Below the pieces are notes generated by a model. That model was given only the letters and a program-made list of their open reading frames with translations, did no database searches and was not told the DNA's origin. Of a DNA stretch of 64,000 nucleotides, positions 10,302 to 20,608 are shown piece by piece. Origin of the DNA: a bacterium (lineage in GTDB: Bacteria > UBA8248). Numbering within the stretch: position 1 is the stretch's first letter; the number at the start of each line of letters is the position of its first letter. A program made the position numbers and the translations under genes. The stretch lies in assembly GCA_965204535.1 (NCBI GenBank), contig OZ241996.1, forward strand, positions 1,440,001 through 1,504,000, in the 5' to 3' direction.

Positions 10302-11072
10302 CTACCCCTCCCGCTCCCACATCCGCCACCGCACGATGATCGCCCCGAACACCAGGACGAGCACCGCGCTCGCGAGATATGCGGCGCGCACCGGGCCGAA
10401 CCAGAGGCTGTCCGCGCGGAAGCCGCTCACCGCGGCGCGCCCCAAGGAGTAGAGGACGAAGTAGAGGCAGAAGATGAAGCCCGGCTTGTGGTTCGTGAGC
10501 CTCAAGCGTCTTAAGACGAAGAACCAGAGGAGGTTCAGGAGAAGCTCGTATATCATCACGGGGTGCGTCGCCTGTCCGGGAAACTCCCGGCCCGCGATGG
10601 AGGTCATCGGAAACTCCACGCCCCAGGGCATCGCCGTCGGCACGCCGTGGGCATCGCCGTTCATGAAATTGCCGAAACGCCCGAACACCTGCCCCAGCAT
10701 GATGGCCGGCGCCACCGCGTCTGCGAACTCCCAGGTGGATACCGCGTGGTTTCTCAAATACAGATAGCCGGCCAGCACGCCGCCGAGGAGGCCGCCGTGT
10801 ATGGCGAGGCCCCCTTTCCAGATGGTGAAGACCTCCCACAGGGCGCTCCGGTAAAACTCCCAGTTGAAGAGGACGTAATAGATTCTCCCGCCCAGGATGC
10901 CGGCGAACATGACGAGGAGGCCGAAGTTCATCACCTCATCGGGCGTGATGGGCATTCCCTTGCGCGCGGCTTCCCTCCTCACCAGCCAGACGCCCGCCAG
11001 CACGGCGGCGACGTACATGAGTCCGTACCAGCGCAACGCGAAGGGGCCGATTTCGAATATGACGGGGCTCAA
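10302..11072 (-). CDS. lgt: Prolipoprotein diacylglyceryl transferase
   Basis: LRWYG, GGRIYYV, GGLAIHGG, GRFGNFMN, HP..IYE motifs; TTG start. Confidence 0.95.
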   Translation of the reverse strand: MSPVIFEIGPFALRWYGLMYVAAVLAGVWLVRREAARKGMPITPDEVMNFGLLVMFAGILGGRIYYVLFNWEFYRSALWEVFTIWKGGLAIHGGLLGGVLAGYLYLRNHAVSTWEFADAVAPAIMLGQVFGRFGNFMNGDAHGVPTAMPWGVEFPMTSIAGREFPGQATHPVMIYELLLNLLWFFVLRRLRLTNHKPGFIFCLYFVLYSLGRAAVSGFRADSLWFGPVRAAYLASAVLVLVFGAIIVRWRMWEREG

Positions 11073-11137
11073 ATTTCTGTTTCCTTACCAGACGGCTGTG
11101 GATGGTGTGCGCGCGTTTCGTATGAGCCGCGCAACAA

Positions 11138-11310
11138 GGGGTTGTTAAAAATGCGGAGAGGGAAAATTTGTTTGTGTGTAGGGGTCGCATACATGCGACC
11201 CTGGTTTTTTCTCACCCCCTACACGGGCCGCATATATGCGGCCCCTACAAAAACCGCCCCTTCCCCAATCGAGTCAAAGCCTCGCACATCGGATATTCTC
11301 CAACAACCCC
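11138..11310. mobile_element. MITE enclosing a REP doublet (family 2)
   Basis: ggggttgttaaaaa ... tccaacaacccc ends; gtaggggtcgcatacatgcgaccc (11178) and gggccgcatatatgcggcccctac (11225-11248). Confidence 0.8.
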
Positions 11311-11345
11311 ACAAGATTCCAATTGATAGGCCCAAATCCATCCAG

Positions 11346-12428
11346 TTATTTCGGGTGGCGGTAGATCACGCTCTCGGGAAAATAATCCTTCCAGCCGAAC
11401 CAGAACGCGAGCGTCGTGGACAGCTGATTCAACCTCGCGCCCGCAAGCGGCCCGTCCACGGCCAGGCCGGTCAGGCGCTGCCAGCGCGATCCCGTTTTCC
11501 TGTCCTTCATGAACCTGCACGCTGCGGCGCCCTTGGCCCCGCTCTCCGTGATGAGTTCGAACTCGAGCACCTCGCCCTTCAGGACGCGGTCGAAAACGAC
11601 GCCCGTGCCCGCGCCCTCGCAATAGGTGACGAGAACGTCCCGGCCGGCGAAGCGGTCGTTCACGACGCCCGCGCGGTTCAAGTCGGCGAACGGGTAGACC
11701 TTGGCGACCTGCTCGCCCTTTTCTTTCGGGGAATCGAGCGCAAGAGCCACCAGCAGGGTTTTGGGATGTAAGCGATTATCGCGGTATTTCTCGGGGATCA
11801 CGCCGGTCTGAGCGCTGTAGTAATAGCCCTCATACGGATCGCGTGAAGGGCTTCGGAAGGCGCCCCCCATGCCTTTCAGCTTTTTTTTCAGCACCAGGGT
11901 GTCGGGATAGAGCTGCTTCCATTCCGAATAGCGCATCATGGCGGCAGGGAACGTCTTCAAGCGCTCCCCCTTGAGCGGTCCGATGAGGCCCTCCCCCGTC
12001 AGATGGCTCCAGAGCGTGTCCGTCTGGCGGTCGTACATGATGAGCACGTTTTTCCAGAGTTTTCCCGAAACGCCGAAGCTGAGCTTTTTGTCCCCCAGGT
12101 TACGGTCATACACGATGGCCGTGTAGCAAAGCGGTCACCAGGTGACGGAGACGGCGCTCCCGCCCACGACGTCGTTCACGATCTCGTGCGAACTGAGCAG
12201 GGGGACGGAATAGGCCCGCTTGTCGCCTTTGATGTTGATCCCGATGACCATCTCGTTCGGCTGCATGAAGCCCTCGGCATCTTTCACGCTCGCGTATTCG
12301 GGCGCATCGATGGCGGGAATGCCGTCTTTGGGCAGCAGGGTGCGGATCTCGGTTTCGGGACTCGCGCCCGATAGAGCCGGGAATGTGAGGATGACCAGGG
12401 CGAATAGAACGCTTTTCATATGCGGCAT
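11346..12428 (-). CDS. DUF3179-family putative selenoprotein with signal peptide (in-frame UGA at 12135-12137)
   Basis: The 97-aa and 255-aa ORFs are in frame and joined by TGG TGA CCG CTT TGC = W-U-P-L-C, where the family CxxC motif is expected; KDGIPAID and HEIVND motifs; downstream hairpin. Confidence 0.85.
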
Positions 12429-12458
12429 GAAAATGCTCTCCTCAGGCGGCCTGAGCCG

Positions 12459-13880
12459 TTAGCGTTTGAATCCATGAAGCACGGTGAAAAATGTCCGCTC
12501 CCCGCGGTTCGTCCCGCGCACGACCTGGCCCAGGACGTTTGCGCCCGCCGGGATTTTTTTGAGCAACGCCTCGATGTCTTCGAGTTTTTCGATCGAGACG
12601 CGGACGGGCGTTTTCCCGTTTCCGGGCAGGCGGTAGGTCAGTCCGCGTATCACCATGCCCTCGCGCAGGCCGTCATAATAGGCCCTGCTGCCCTCATCCA
12701 CGCTACTGATATAAACGCCGCTGTCGGTTGTCAGATTGTTTTTTTCCTTGAGCTCATCGGTCAGGTTCTCAAGCGCCACACCGTAGTTTTTCCTGGTCTC
12801 GGGCTCATCGACCTTGGTGTTCCCCGCCAGAGTGCTCCTCGATTCCGGTTCCGGCAGACGGACCAGCTTGATCTTGAATTTCTTTCTTTGGGCATCGCGC
12901 ACCACTTCCACGGACACGTCGTCTCCCGGCGGCGTCCAGCCCACGAGCCGTTGGAGGTGGGCCGTATCCACGACGCTCGTGCCGCCGAGGCGGACGATGA
13001 CGTCCCCCATGCGGATGCCCGCCCCCTCCGCCGGCCCGTCCTTGAGCAAAGCGCCCACGAGCGCGCCCCTGGCTTTCGGGAGCCCCAGCAGGTAGGCCAT
13101 GTCCTGGCTGACCGGCTGGATGGTCACGCCCAGATAGCCACGCGGGAAGTTCCCGCTCCGTCTCAGGTATTTGATGACGTCTTTCGCCATGTTGACGGGA
13201 ATTGCGAACCCGATGCCGCTGCCGGGCGCCGGGATCGCCGTGTTGATGCCGATGACCTGGCCGTCGATGTTCACCAGGGGCCCGCCGCTGTTGCCCCGGT
13301 TGATGGCGGCGTCCGTCTGGATGAAATACTCATAGCGCGCGACGCCGACGCCGCTGCGCCCGATGCCGCTCACCACGCCCACCGTGAACGTCCTCGTGAT
13401 GCCGAACGGATCGCCCACGGCTATCGACCACTGCCCCACCTTCACCTTGTCGGAGTCTCCGAACGTCGCCACCGGCAGCTTGCGGTGCGGCTCGATTTTG
13501 ATGAGCGCGAGATCGGTATAGCGATCCGTGCCGACGATTTTCGCCCAATGCGCGGACTCATCCCAAAGGCGCACGCGCAGCCTGCGCGTATTGCTGACCA
13601 CGTGGTTGTTCGTGAGGATATATCCCGCCGGGTCGATGATGACGCCCGAACCCGAAGAGAAAGTCGGTATGTTCGGGTGGGGGGATTGGGGCGCCTGTTG
13701 CGCCGCTCCCTTGATTCTCTCCCCTTGTATGCTCACGACGGTCGGCTTCACATTTTCCGCAATACCGGTGAACGCCGCCTCGATCTTCCGCATGTAGTCG
13801 ATGCCCGGGTTCGCCTGTGCAGACGCAGCGAAACTCATGGACAAAATCAAAAGCATCGAAAGGATGAAGCGAAGAATCAT
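12459..13880 (-). CDS. HtrA/DegP (Do family) serine endoprotease with PDZ domains
   Basis: GSGVI, TNNHVV, DLALIK, QTDAAINRGNSGGPL motifs; signal peptide from MILRFILS. Confidence 0.93.
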   Translation of the reverse strand: MILRFILSMLLILSMSFAASAQANPGIDYMRKIEAAFTGIAENVKPTVVSIQGERIKGAAQQAPQSPHPNIPTFSSGSGVIIDPAGYILTNNHVVSNTRRLRVRLWDESAHWAKIVGTDRYTDLALIKIEPHRKLPVATFGDSDKVKVGQWSIAVGDPFGITRTFTVGVVSGIGRSGVGVARYEYFIQTDAAINRGNSGGPLVNIDGQVIGINTAIPAPGSGIGFAIPVNMAKDVIKYLRRSGNFPRGYLGVTIQPVSQDMAYLLGLPKARGALVGALLKDGPAEGAGIRMGDVIVRLGGTSVVDTAHLQRLVGWTPPGDDVSVEVVRDAQRKKFKIKLVRLPEPESRSTLAGNTKVDEPETRKNYGVALENLTDELKEKNNLTTDSGVYISSVDEGSRAYYDGLREGMVIRGLTYRLPGNGKTPVRVSIEKLEDIEALLKKIPAGANVLGQVVRGTNRGERTFFTVLHGFKR

Positions 13881-13982
13881 GGAACCCCCACCATTTTGTT
13901 TCACCAGCGGCTTGTTATCCTGCAAGATTATACAGGGATGCCCGGTCTTTGTAAGCGCAAGAAGATATATGCTTCCCTTTTT

Positions 13983-14186
13983 GGCTGTTGGAAAAAGCCC
14001 TCCTCGGTCGGAATTGACGACCGCCGTCATTCTGGGCGTCATTGCCACTCCTGTTGTAGGGGTCGCATACATGCGACCCGGCTTTTTTCGCCGCCCGTCA
14101 TGGGCCGCATATATGCGGCCCCTACACAAACCGTCGCCTCCCGAGTCGCGTCAAACCCTCGTTCATCAGGATTTTATCAACACCCC
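13983..14186. mobile_element. MITE enclosing a REP doublet (family 2)
   Basis: ggctgttggaaaaa ... ttttatcaacacccc ends; REPs at 14056 and 14102-14125 identical to the 11178 and 11225 copies. Confidence 0.75.
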
Positions 14187-14225
14187 ACCAGACAGTAGTA
14201 TCCTCATAACTCACGTGCACATAAC

Positions 14226-14684
14226 TCACTTAACCTCAAGTATCACCTCAAGTTCCACGGGCGCTCCCAGGGGCAGTTCCGCCACGCCCACCGCCACTCT
14301 GGCGTGCTTGCCCTTGTCTCCAAAAATCTCGGCGGCCAGATTGGACGCTCCGTTCACGACGAGGGGCTGGGCGGTGAAATCCGGCGCAACGGCCACGTAG
14401 CCGCTCATGCGCACGATCCTCTCCACGCGCTCCAGATCGCCCAGGGCCGCTTTCGCCTGCGCGATGGCGTTCAGGAAACAGAGCGCCGCGCATTCCTGGC
14501 CCTGCTCGACCGTGACGTCGAGCGGCACTTTTCCCTCATGAATCATTTTGCCGTCCCTTATCGGGATCTGGCCCGAGATGAACATCAAGGACCCGGAGAT
14601 GACGTATGGCACATAGGCCCCGACCGGCGCGGGCGCATCGGGCAGTTCGATTCCCAGTTCGTTCATTCGCTCGGCGACGCTCAT
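14226..14684 (-). CDS. RidA/YjgF family protein
   Basis: PVGAYVP, ISGQIP, NGAS, GKHAR.AVGVAELP motifs. Confidence 0.9.
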   Translation of the reverse strand: MSVAERMNELGIELPDAPAPVGAYVPYVISGSLMFISGQIPIRDGKMIHEGKVPLDVTVEQGQECAALCFLNAIAQAKAALGDLERVERIVRMSGYVAVAPDFTAQPLVVNGASNLAAEIFGDKGKHARVAVGVAELPLGAPVELEVILEVK

Positions 14685-15304
14685 TTCAGCTCTCCCCTCA
14701 TCGAGATGGTTTTGATTTTTTCGAATTCCTCGGGCGTGTTCGCGTTCAGAAAAGAGACCCCTTCGGCGTCCCACTCTCTCCAGACCGCCTCTTCCACACG
14801 CCTCACGCTCACGTGTTCGTGAAACCCTATCATCTTAAGACGCCCCCTCGAAATCGACTCCTCGATGTGGGGCGCGCAATCCTTTCCGTAGAGCGCGCAA
14901 AGCGGCTCGGGGTAGTCGTCCTTCACCGGAATTACGACGTCCCAGTCCTCCACCAAAGAGGCGAGGCCGCGGATGAGGGCGGGTTGCAAGAGCGGCATGT
15001 CGCAGCCCGCCACGAAGACGTGCGAGCACCTTGCTCTCACGACAGCCGTGTGGAGGCCGCCCAGCGAGTCGTTGCCGGGGTGAATGTCGCCCACCACGGC
15101 GAGACCCATTCGCTCGTATCCTTCTTTCTCGTTCGCCACGACGAACACTTCTTCGAACATCCCGCCCAAAGTGTCCGCGATGCGCCTGATGACGGGTATT
15201 CCGCCAATCTCCATCATGGATTTGTCCTGGCCCATCCGGCGGCTTCGGCCGCCCGCCAGGATGGCGGCGGAAAACGGCAGCCTGGGCGTTGATTCTGTGT
15301 TCAT
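14681..15304 (-). CDS. mobA: Molybdenum cofactor guanylyltransferase
   Basis: ILAGGRSRRMGQDK, CDMP, EPLCALY, NANTPEE motifs. Confidence 0.92.
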   Translation of the reverse strand: MNTESTPRLPFSAAILAGGRSRRMGQDKSMMEIGGIPVIRRIADTLGGMFEEVFVVANEKEGYERMGLAVVGDIHPGNDSLGGLHTAVVRARCSHVFVAGCDMPLLQPALIRGLASLVEDWDVVIPVKDDYPEPLCALYGKDCAPHIEESISRGRLKMIGFHEHVSVRRVEEAVWREWDAEGVSFLNANTPEEFEKIKTISMRGELK

Positions 15305-15347
15305 GCGGGGCGCTCCGGGAGGAGGCGATGAGCCGGAAACAATTGAT

Positions 15348-16619
15348 TCAGGAGTGCACCCGTTCGGGAGTGGCGGCTTCGACGTGCCCGGGTTTTTGAG
15401 AGGGCATCTCTTCCAGCAGGATCACCTGCACGCGGCTTCCGGCGGCGAGTTCGGTCTCATACTCGGGGAACACGACCAGGGCGTTCGCCCGCACCATGGA
15501 ATGCAGGATGTTGGAGCCCTGCGCCTCGATGGCCTGAACGGTCCATTCCTCCCCGTCGCGGTAGAGGACGGAGCGCACGTAGTGCCGCCGCTCGGGGGAT
15601 TTCGTGAGCGGGTGTAAGAGGCGCGCCTCCACGCTCGGGCGGAAGAGGTTCTCAAAACCCTGCATCTTGAGCAGCGACGGCCGTACGAACAGCTCGAAGC
15701 TCACCATGGTGGATACGGGGTTCCCCGGCAGGCCGAACACGGGCTTTCCGTTCAGCACGCCGAACGCCATCGGCTTGCCCGGCTTCATGCGCACGCGCCA
15801 GAAGCGCATGTCGTTTCCCAGCCCGCCCAGCGTGGATTTCACGAGATCGAAATCACCCACCGACACGCCGCCGCTGGTGATCAGGAGATCCGCGGCCAGG
15901 CCGTCGTTGATGTGGCGGGTCAGGTCTTCGGCGTTGTCCCGGGCGATGCCCAGGAGAACCGGTTCCCCGCCGGCTTCGAGCACCTGCGCGGCGAGAGCGT
16001 AGGAGTTGGAGTTGAATATCTGCCCCACGCCTGGGGCGTCGCCCAGATCGACGAGTTCCTCTCCCGTCGCGAGGATGGCCACCTTCGGTTTCTGGTACAC
16101 GTACACCCTCGCCCGGCCGATGTTCGCCAGCATTCCGGCGGAAGCGGGTCCCAGTCGGGCACCGCTTGAGAGAACCGTCTCGCCGGGCTGGACGTCTTCC
16201 CCTGCCAGACGGATGGCTTCTCCCTCGGGCACGGCGAGGAATATCTCTACCTCACCCTCAGAGATCCGCTCCGTCTCCTCGACGAGCACGACGGCGTCCG
16301 CCCCGTCGGGAATGGGCGCGCCCGTCATGATCTTGATGGCCCCGCCCGGGCCGAGGGTGCGGGTCGCCACGACGCCGGCCTGAATCTCCTCGACCACTTT
16401 CAGCGTCCTGGGCGTCTCCCGGCTCGCGCCCGCTACATCCTCCGCGCGCAGGGCGTAGCCGTCCATCGCCGAGTTGTTCCAGGGCGGAACGGGGCGTGAG
16501 GACCTCACATCCTCGGCCAGCACCCTGCCCGGACAATCGAGCAGACCCACCCGCTCGCGCCCCATCGGGTGAATCATCTCCAGTATCGAATTGCGAGCCT
16601 CTTCCACGCTGATCATCAT
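15348..16619 (-). CDS. moeA: Molybdopterin molybdotransferase
   Basis: SAMDGYA, IMTGAPIP, SGGVSVGDFD, KPGKP, GLPGNPVS motifs. Confidence 0.95.
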   Translation of the reverse strand: MMISVEEARNSILEMIHPMGRERVGLLDCPGRVLAEDVRSSRPVPPWNNSAMDGYALRAEDVAGASRETPRTLKVVEEIQAGVVATRTLGPGGAIKIMTGAPIPDGADAVVLVEETERISEGEVEIFLAVPEGEAIRLAGEDVQPGETVLSSGARLGPASAGMLANIGRARVYVYQKPKVAILATGEELVDLGDAPGVGQIFNSNSYALAAQVLEAGGEPVLLGIARDNAEDLTRHINDGLAADLLITSGGVSVGDFDLVKSTLGGLGNDMRFWRVRMKPGKPMAFGVLNGKPVFGLPGNPVSTMVSFELFVRPSLLKMQGFENLFRPSVEARLLHPLTKSPERRHYVRSVLYRDGEEWTVQAIEAQGSNILHSMVRANALVVFPEYETELAAGSRVQVILLEEMPSQKPGHVEAATPERVHS

Positions 16620-16762
16620 CGACTCCGAATGCTGTGAAAAGCGACCGGCCCCATCCCGGCCGCCGCTATTATAACCGACGCCGAGGCGGGAACAAACGGA
16701 GGACGGCTTCTGCAAGAGAACCCGGGTTTGCGAATTTCCGGCGTTTTCTTTAGAAATGCCCT

Positions 16763-17206
16763 ATGCCAAAGGACCAGTACAGCTACAAGAGTGAAATGCG
16801 CGTGCGCTTCGGCGAAACCGACTTGCAAGGCGTGGTGTTCAACGCCAACTACCTCCTCTACGTCGACACCGCGCAGATGGACTACCTGCGCACCATCGGC
16901 GTCCCCTACTTCGACATGCTCGAGCGCGGGTATGACATCGTGATCGTCGACGCCTCCCTCCAGTTTCTCGCACCCGCCCGTTTCGACGAGGTGCTCCACG
17001 TCTACGCGCGGATTTACGACATCGGGAACTCGAGCATCAGGATGGACTATGAGATCTACGAGGCGGAATCGGAGCGCTTCGTCGCCAGGTCGCAGACGGC
17101 CTATGTGATCATCGACAGGGAGTCGCAAAAACCCGTCCGCGTGCCTCCCTACATCCGCCGCGCCGTCAGGGAATTCGAGTCGAGAGAAGACATCGAAGAA
17201 ACGTAA
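16763..17206 (+). CDS. Acyl-CoA thioesterase (4HBT/YbgC hot-dog family)
   Basis: VRFGETDLQGVVFNANY motif. Confidence 0.9.
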   Translation: MPKDQYSYKSEMRVRFGETDLQGVVFNANYLLYVDTAQMDYLRTIGVPYFDMLERGYDIVIVDASLQFLAPARFDEVLHVYARIYDIGNSSIRMDYEIYEAESERFVARSQTAYVIIDRESQKPVRVPPYIRRAVREFESREDIEET

Positions 17207-17471
17207 ACACAGGCGATTTCATGCTTCATGCGCCCCGGATAATGCAATTACCGCCAATTTCCGGCCATCGGCGAAAATCGCATCGTTGAGAAGCGCTCTG
17301 CTTCATGGTAAAATTCAGGAGTTCATAATCGCTGTATTGCAAGATCGCTTTTCGGGAAGTTCCGGCTTTGACGAGAGTGGGGGGCATTCGTCATCTTCAA
17401 ACCATAAACCAGTCGTGGGATCATTTTCGCTGTAGCAGGCACAGCATTCTGCAGCATAAACAGGAGGGAAT

Positions 17472-18476
17472 ATGATGAAATCGCTGAAACCATCGAAACG
17501 CGCTATTCCGTTCCTCACCCTTGCGCTGAGTTTGCTTATCGTCGTTGCGCTGGGGACCACACAGGCTCTTGCTGCATGGAAGCCCACGCGCCCGATTGAG
17601 TTCGTCATCATGGCGGGCAAGGGCGGCGGCGCGGACCGCATCGCCCGCCTCATGCAGAAGATCGTCACCCAGAACAAGTGGTCGCCCCAACCCCTGGTTC
17701 CGATCAACAAGAAAGGCGGCTCGGGCGCCGAGGCGATGCTCTATCTGCTGTCGAAAAAAGGGAACCCGCACGTCATCCTCGTGACGCTGAACAGCTTCTT
17801 CACCACCCCTGCCCTGCGGAAGCTGCCGGTGAACTACACGAAGCTCACGCCCGTCTACCGCCTGGCCATGGACACGTTCCTGCTCTGGGTCAACACGAAA
17901 TCGGGAATCAAGAACATGGATGATTTCGTGAAGGCCGTGAAAGCCAAGAAAGGGAAGTGGACGATGGGCGGCACGGGCAAGATGCAGGAGGACCAGCTCG
18001 TCACGAACATGCTCATGCAGGCCTACGGCCTCAAGGGCATGATCACCTACGTGCCCTTCCGGGGCGGCGGCACCGTGGCGAAAAACCTCGCCGGCGGCCA
18101 CGTCGATTCGACGGTGAACAACCCCTCCGAGGGTCTGCCGCACTATCCCGGCAAGATGAGGCCGATCGCCGCGCTGACGCCCGAGCGCATCCCTGCGTTC
18201 AAGGATGTCCCCACGTTCAAGGAACTGGGCCAGCCGCAGCTCGTGTACTTCATGCAGCGCAGCATCAACGCGCCCGGCGGCATCCCCAAGGACGCCCTGG
18301 CATGGTATACGAACCTGTTCAACAAGCTGTGCAATTCCAAGGAGTGGAAGGACTATACGTCCAAGAAGGCGCTGAACCGCGCCTGCCTGAGCGGCGCGCC
18401 GCTGGGCAAGTTCTTCGCCGATGAGGACGTGAAGCACAAGAAGCTGCTCATGGGCATGGGATTGCTGAAGAATTAG
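17472..18476 (+). CDS. tctC: Tripartite tricarboxylate transporter substrate-binding protein (TctC/Bug)
   Basis: Signal peptide, PTRPIEF...GGGAD, NKKGGSG, VPFRGGG, DVPTFKELG. Confidence 0.9.
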   Translation: MMKSLKPSKRAIPFLTLALSLLIVVALGTTQALAAWKPTRPIEFVIMAGKGGGADRIARLMQKIVTQNKWSPQPLVPINKKGGSGAEAMLYLLSKKGNPHVILVTLNSFFTTPALRKLPVNYTKLTPVYRLAMDTFLLWVNTKSGIKNMDDFVKAVKAKKGKWTMGGTGKMQEDQLVTNMLMQAYGLKGMITYVPFRGGGTVAKNLAGGHVDSTVNNPSEGLPHYPGKMRPIAALTPERIPAFKDVPTFKELGQPQLVYFMQRSINAPGGIPKDALAWYTNLFNKLCNSKEWKDYTSKKALNRACLSGAPLGKFFADEDVKHKKLLMGMGLLKN

Positions 18477-18495
18477 TTTGCGGAGAAGAATCCAG

Positions 18496-18987
18496 ATGCA
18501 ACGGGCGGATAGGATAGTCGCCATCGGGCTGATTTTCGTGTCCCTCGGCGTCGCCTGGAAAGCTACGGAACTACCCGTCGGCATTCTTCCCAAAGAAGGG
18601 CCAGGAGGGGGTTTCCTCCCCTTCTGGCTTTCTTTGGGAATCGCCGCCGTGGCGCTGATGGTATTGATCCAGTCGCTGCTTTCTTCCCGCCGGGACAAAT
18701 CCGATACGGCCAGCGCGGGAGTCTTCATGAGCCGGGAAGGCTTGCGCGACCTGATGCGCGTCGGCCTGCCCGGAATGATCATGATCCTCCTGATCGGCGT
18801 TATCTCGGTCTATTTCTCGGCGGCTCTTTTCATTTTTTATTGCCTGTTCATGGTCGGGGGGCACAACCTCAAGACGAGCCTCGGCGTGTCGATAGGCGTG
18901 CCCGTCGTGGTGTATTACATTTTCGAGAAATTCTTGATCATCCCCCTGCCGAAGGGGTATGCGGAGTTTTTGTTTTACTGGAATTGA
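18496..18987 (+). CDS. tctB: Tripartite tricarboxylate transporter small membrane subunit
   Basis: Four TM segments, GPG..P and C-terminal IPLP.G; lies between tctC and tctA. Confidence 0.85.
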   Translation: MQRADRIVAIGLIFVSLGVAWKATELPVGILPKEGPGGGFLPFWLSLGIAAVALMVLIQSLLSSRRDKSDTASAGVFMSREGLRDLMRVGLPGMIMILLIGVISVYFSAALFIFYCLFMVGGHNLKTSLGVSIGVPVVVYYIFEKFLIIPLPKGYAEFLFYWN

Positions 18988-19067
18988 TGATTTCACCGTT
19001 TCCTTTGCCATCCGTCAGGAAATCTCCGTAATCGTGGGGGCAGGGTTTGTCCTAAGGGCCGGGTAAA

Positions 19068-20594
19068 TTGGAGATTCTTGGAAATCTATTCTACGGGCTG
19101 GGCATTGCGCTCTCGCCGCAAAATCTCTTGATGGCGTTGTTCGGCGTCGTCCTGGGCGTCGCCATCGGCGCGATGCCGGGCTTGGGATCCGTGAATGGCG
19201 TCGCCATTCTCCTGCCCATCACGTTCGCCGTTCCGCCCACGAGCGCCATCATCTTCCTGGCCGCCATCTACTACGGGGCCATGTACGGCGGCGCCATCAG
19301 TTCGATCACGCTGAACATTCCGGGCGCGTCCACGGCCGTCGCGACCACGTTCGACGGCTATCCGCTTGCGAGAAGGGGGAAAGCCGCCGATGCCCTTGTG
19401 ACGGCCGCGGTCGCCAGCTTTATCGGCGGAACGATATCCATCGTCCTCTTTACCTTTTTCGCCCCGCCCCTGGCCGAGTTCGCCTTGCGCTTCGGCCCGC
19501 CCGAGGAGTTCGCCGTCGTGCTGCTGGCGTACGCCACCTTTGCGGGACTGGGCGGGGAAAGCCCGCTCAAGACCATCATCGCCACCATGCTGGGCCTGCT
19601 CATGTCCACCGTGGGCACCGACATCGTGAGCGGCTCCCCGCGCCTGATATTCGGGGGCATCACGGGTTTTTACCACGGCATCAATTTCCTCGTGCTGGCC
19701 ATCGGCATCTACGGCGTCGGGGAAATTTTCTATACCCTGGAAGAAGGGTTCAAGACGAAAGAGAGATACCAGGCGAAACTCGGCGTCAGTGAAATCATCT
19801 CGACGCTCAAGAACCTCACGAAATGCACCCCCACCATCGCGAGAGGCTCTCTGCTCGGGTTTTTCGTCGGCATGCTGCCCGCCGCGGGCGCCACGCCCGC
19901 GAGTTTCATGAGCTACAGCATCGCGAAGCGGTTTGCGAAGAACCCGGAGGAATTCGGAAAGGGCGCCCTCGAAGGGGTGGCCGCGCCCGAGTGCGCCAAC
20001 AACGCGGCGAGCACGGGCTCCATGCTCCCCATGCTGACGCTGGGAATCCCGGGTTCGCCGACCACGGCGGTGATGCTCGGCGCCCTGTTCGTATGGGGGC
20101 TCGTGCCGGGTCCCCGGCTGTTCGTCGAAAACGCGGAGTTCGTCTGGGGGCTTACCGGGAGCCTCTATATCGCGAACACGATGGCGGTCATCGTCGCCAT
20201 CTTCGCCGTCCCCATCTTCATCTGGATGCTCCGGATGCCAATGACGATTCTGGCGCCGATCATCCTGGTCGTCTGCGCTGTGGGCGGGTTCTCGCCGACG
20301 CAGGACATGTTCGACGTGTATCTCATGTTCATATTCGGCGCGGTCGGCTACGTGTTCCGCAAACTCGACTATCCCCTCGCCCCGATGGTGCTGGCCCTGG
20401 TACTGGGCGGGCTGACGGAGCGCACCTTCCGCCAGAGCATGATTATGAGCCACGGGAATCCGGGCATCTTCTTCGACTTCGCAGGCCACCCCATCGCGGC
20501 GGCCTTGATGATGGTTTCCGTCGTCTTGTTCGTTCTTCCGCTTATTCCGATGATATTCAGGTTCAGGGTTTCCCGGGCGGGCACCTCGGCCTGA
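19068..20594 (+). CDS. tctA: Tripartite tricarboxylate transporter large membrane subunit
   Basis: GAMPGLG, YGGAIS.I..NIPG, DGYPLA, PECANNA, TLGIPG motifs. Confidence 0.93.
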   Translation: MEILGNLFYGLGIALSPQNLLMALFGVVLGVAIGAMPGLGSVNGVAILLPITFAVPPTSAIIFLAAIYYGAMYGGAISSITLNIPGASTAVATTFDGYPLARRGKAADALVTAAVASFIGGTISIVLFTFFAPPLAEFALRFGPPEEFAVVLLAYATFAGLGGESPLKTIIATMLGLLMSTVGTDIVSGSPRLIFGGITGFYHGINFLVLAIGIYGVGEIFYTLEEGFKTKERYQAKLGVSEIISTLKNLTKCTPTIARGSLLGFFVGMLPAAGATPASFMSYSIAKRFAKNPEEFGKGALEGVAAPECANNAASTGSMLPMLTLGIPGSPTTAVMLGALFVWGLVPGPRLFVENAEFVWGLTGSLYIANTMAVIVAIFAVPIFIWMLRMPMTILAPIILVVCAVGGFSPTQDMFDVYLMFIFGAVGYVFRKLDYPLAPMVLALVLGGLTERTFRQSMIMSHGNPGIFFDFAGHPIAAALMMVSVVLFVLPLIPMIFRFRVSRAGTSA

Positions 20595-20608
20595 TCGGGT
20601 GAGGTTTT

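Noticed and set aside
17207-17471. Possible riboswitch in the tctC leader
   Set aside because: Only short hairpins seen; no known aptamer consensus recognised
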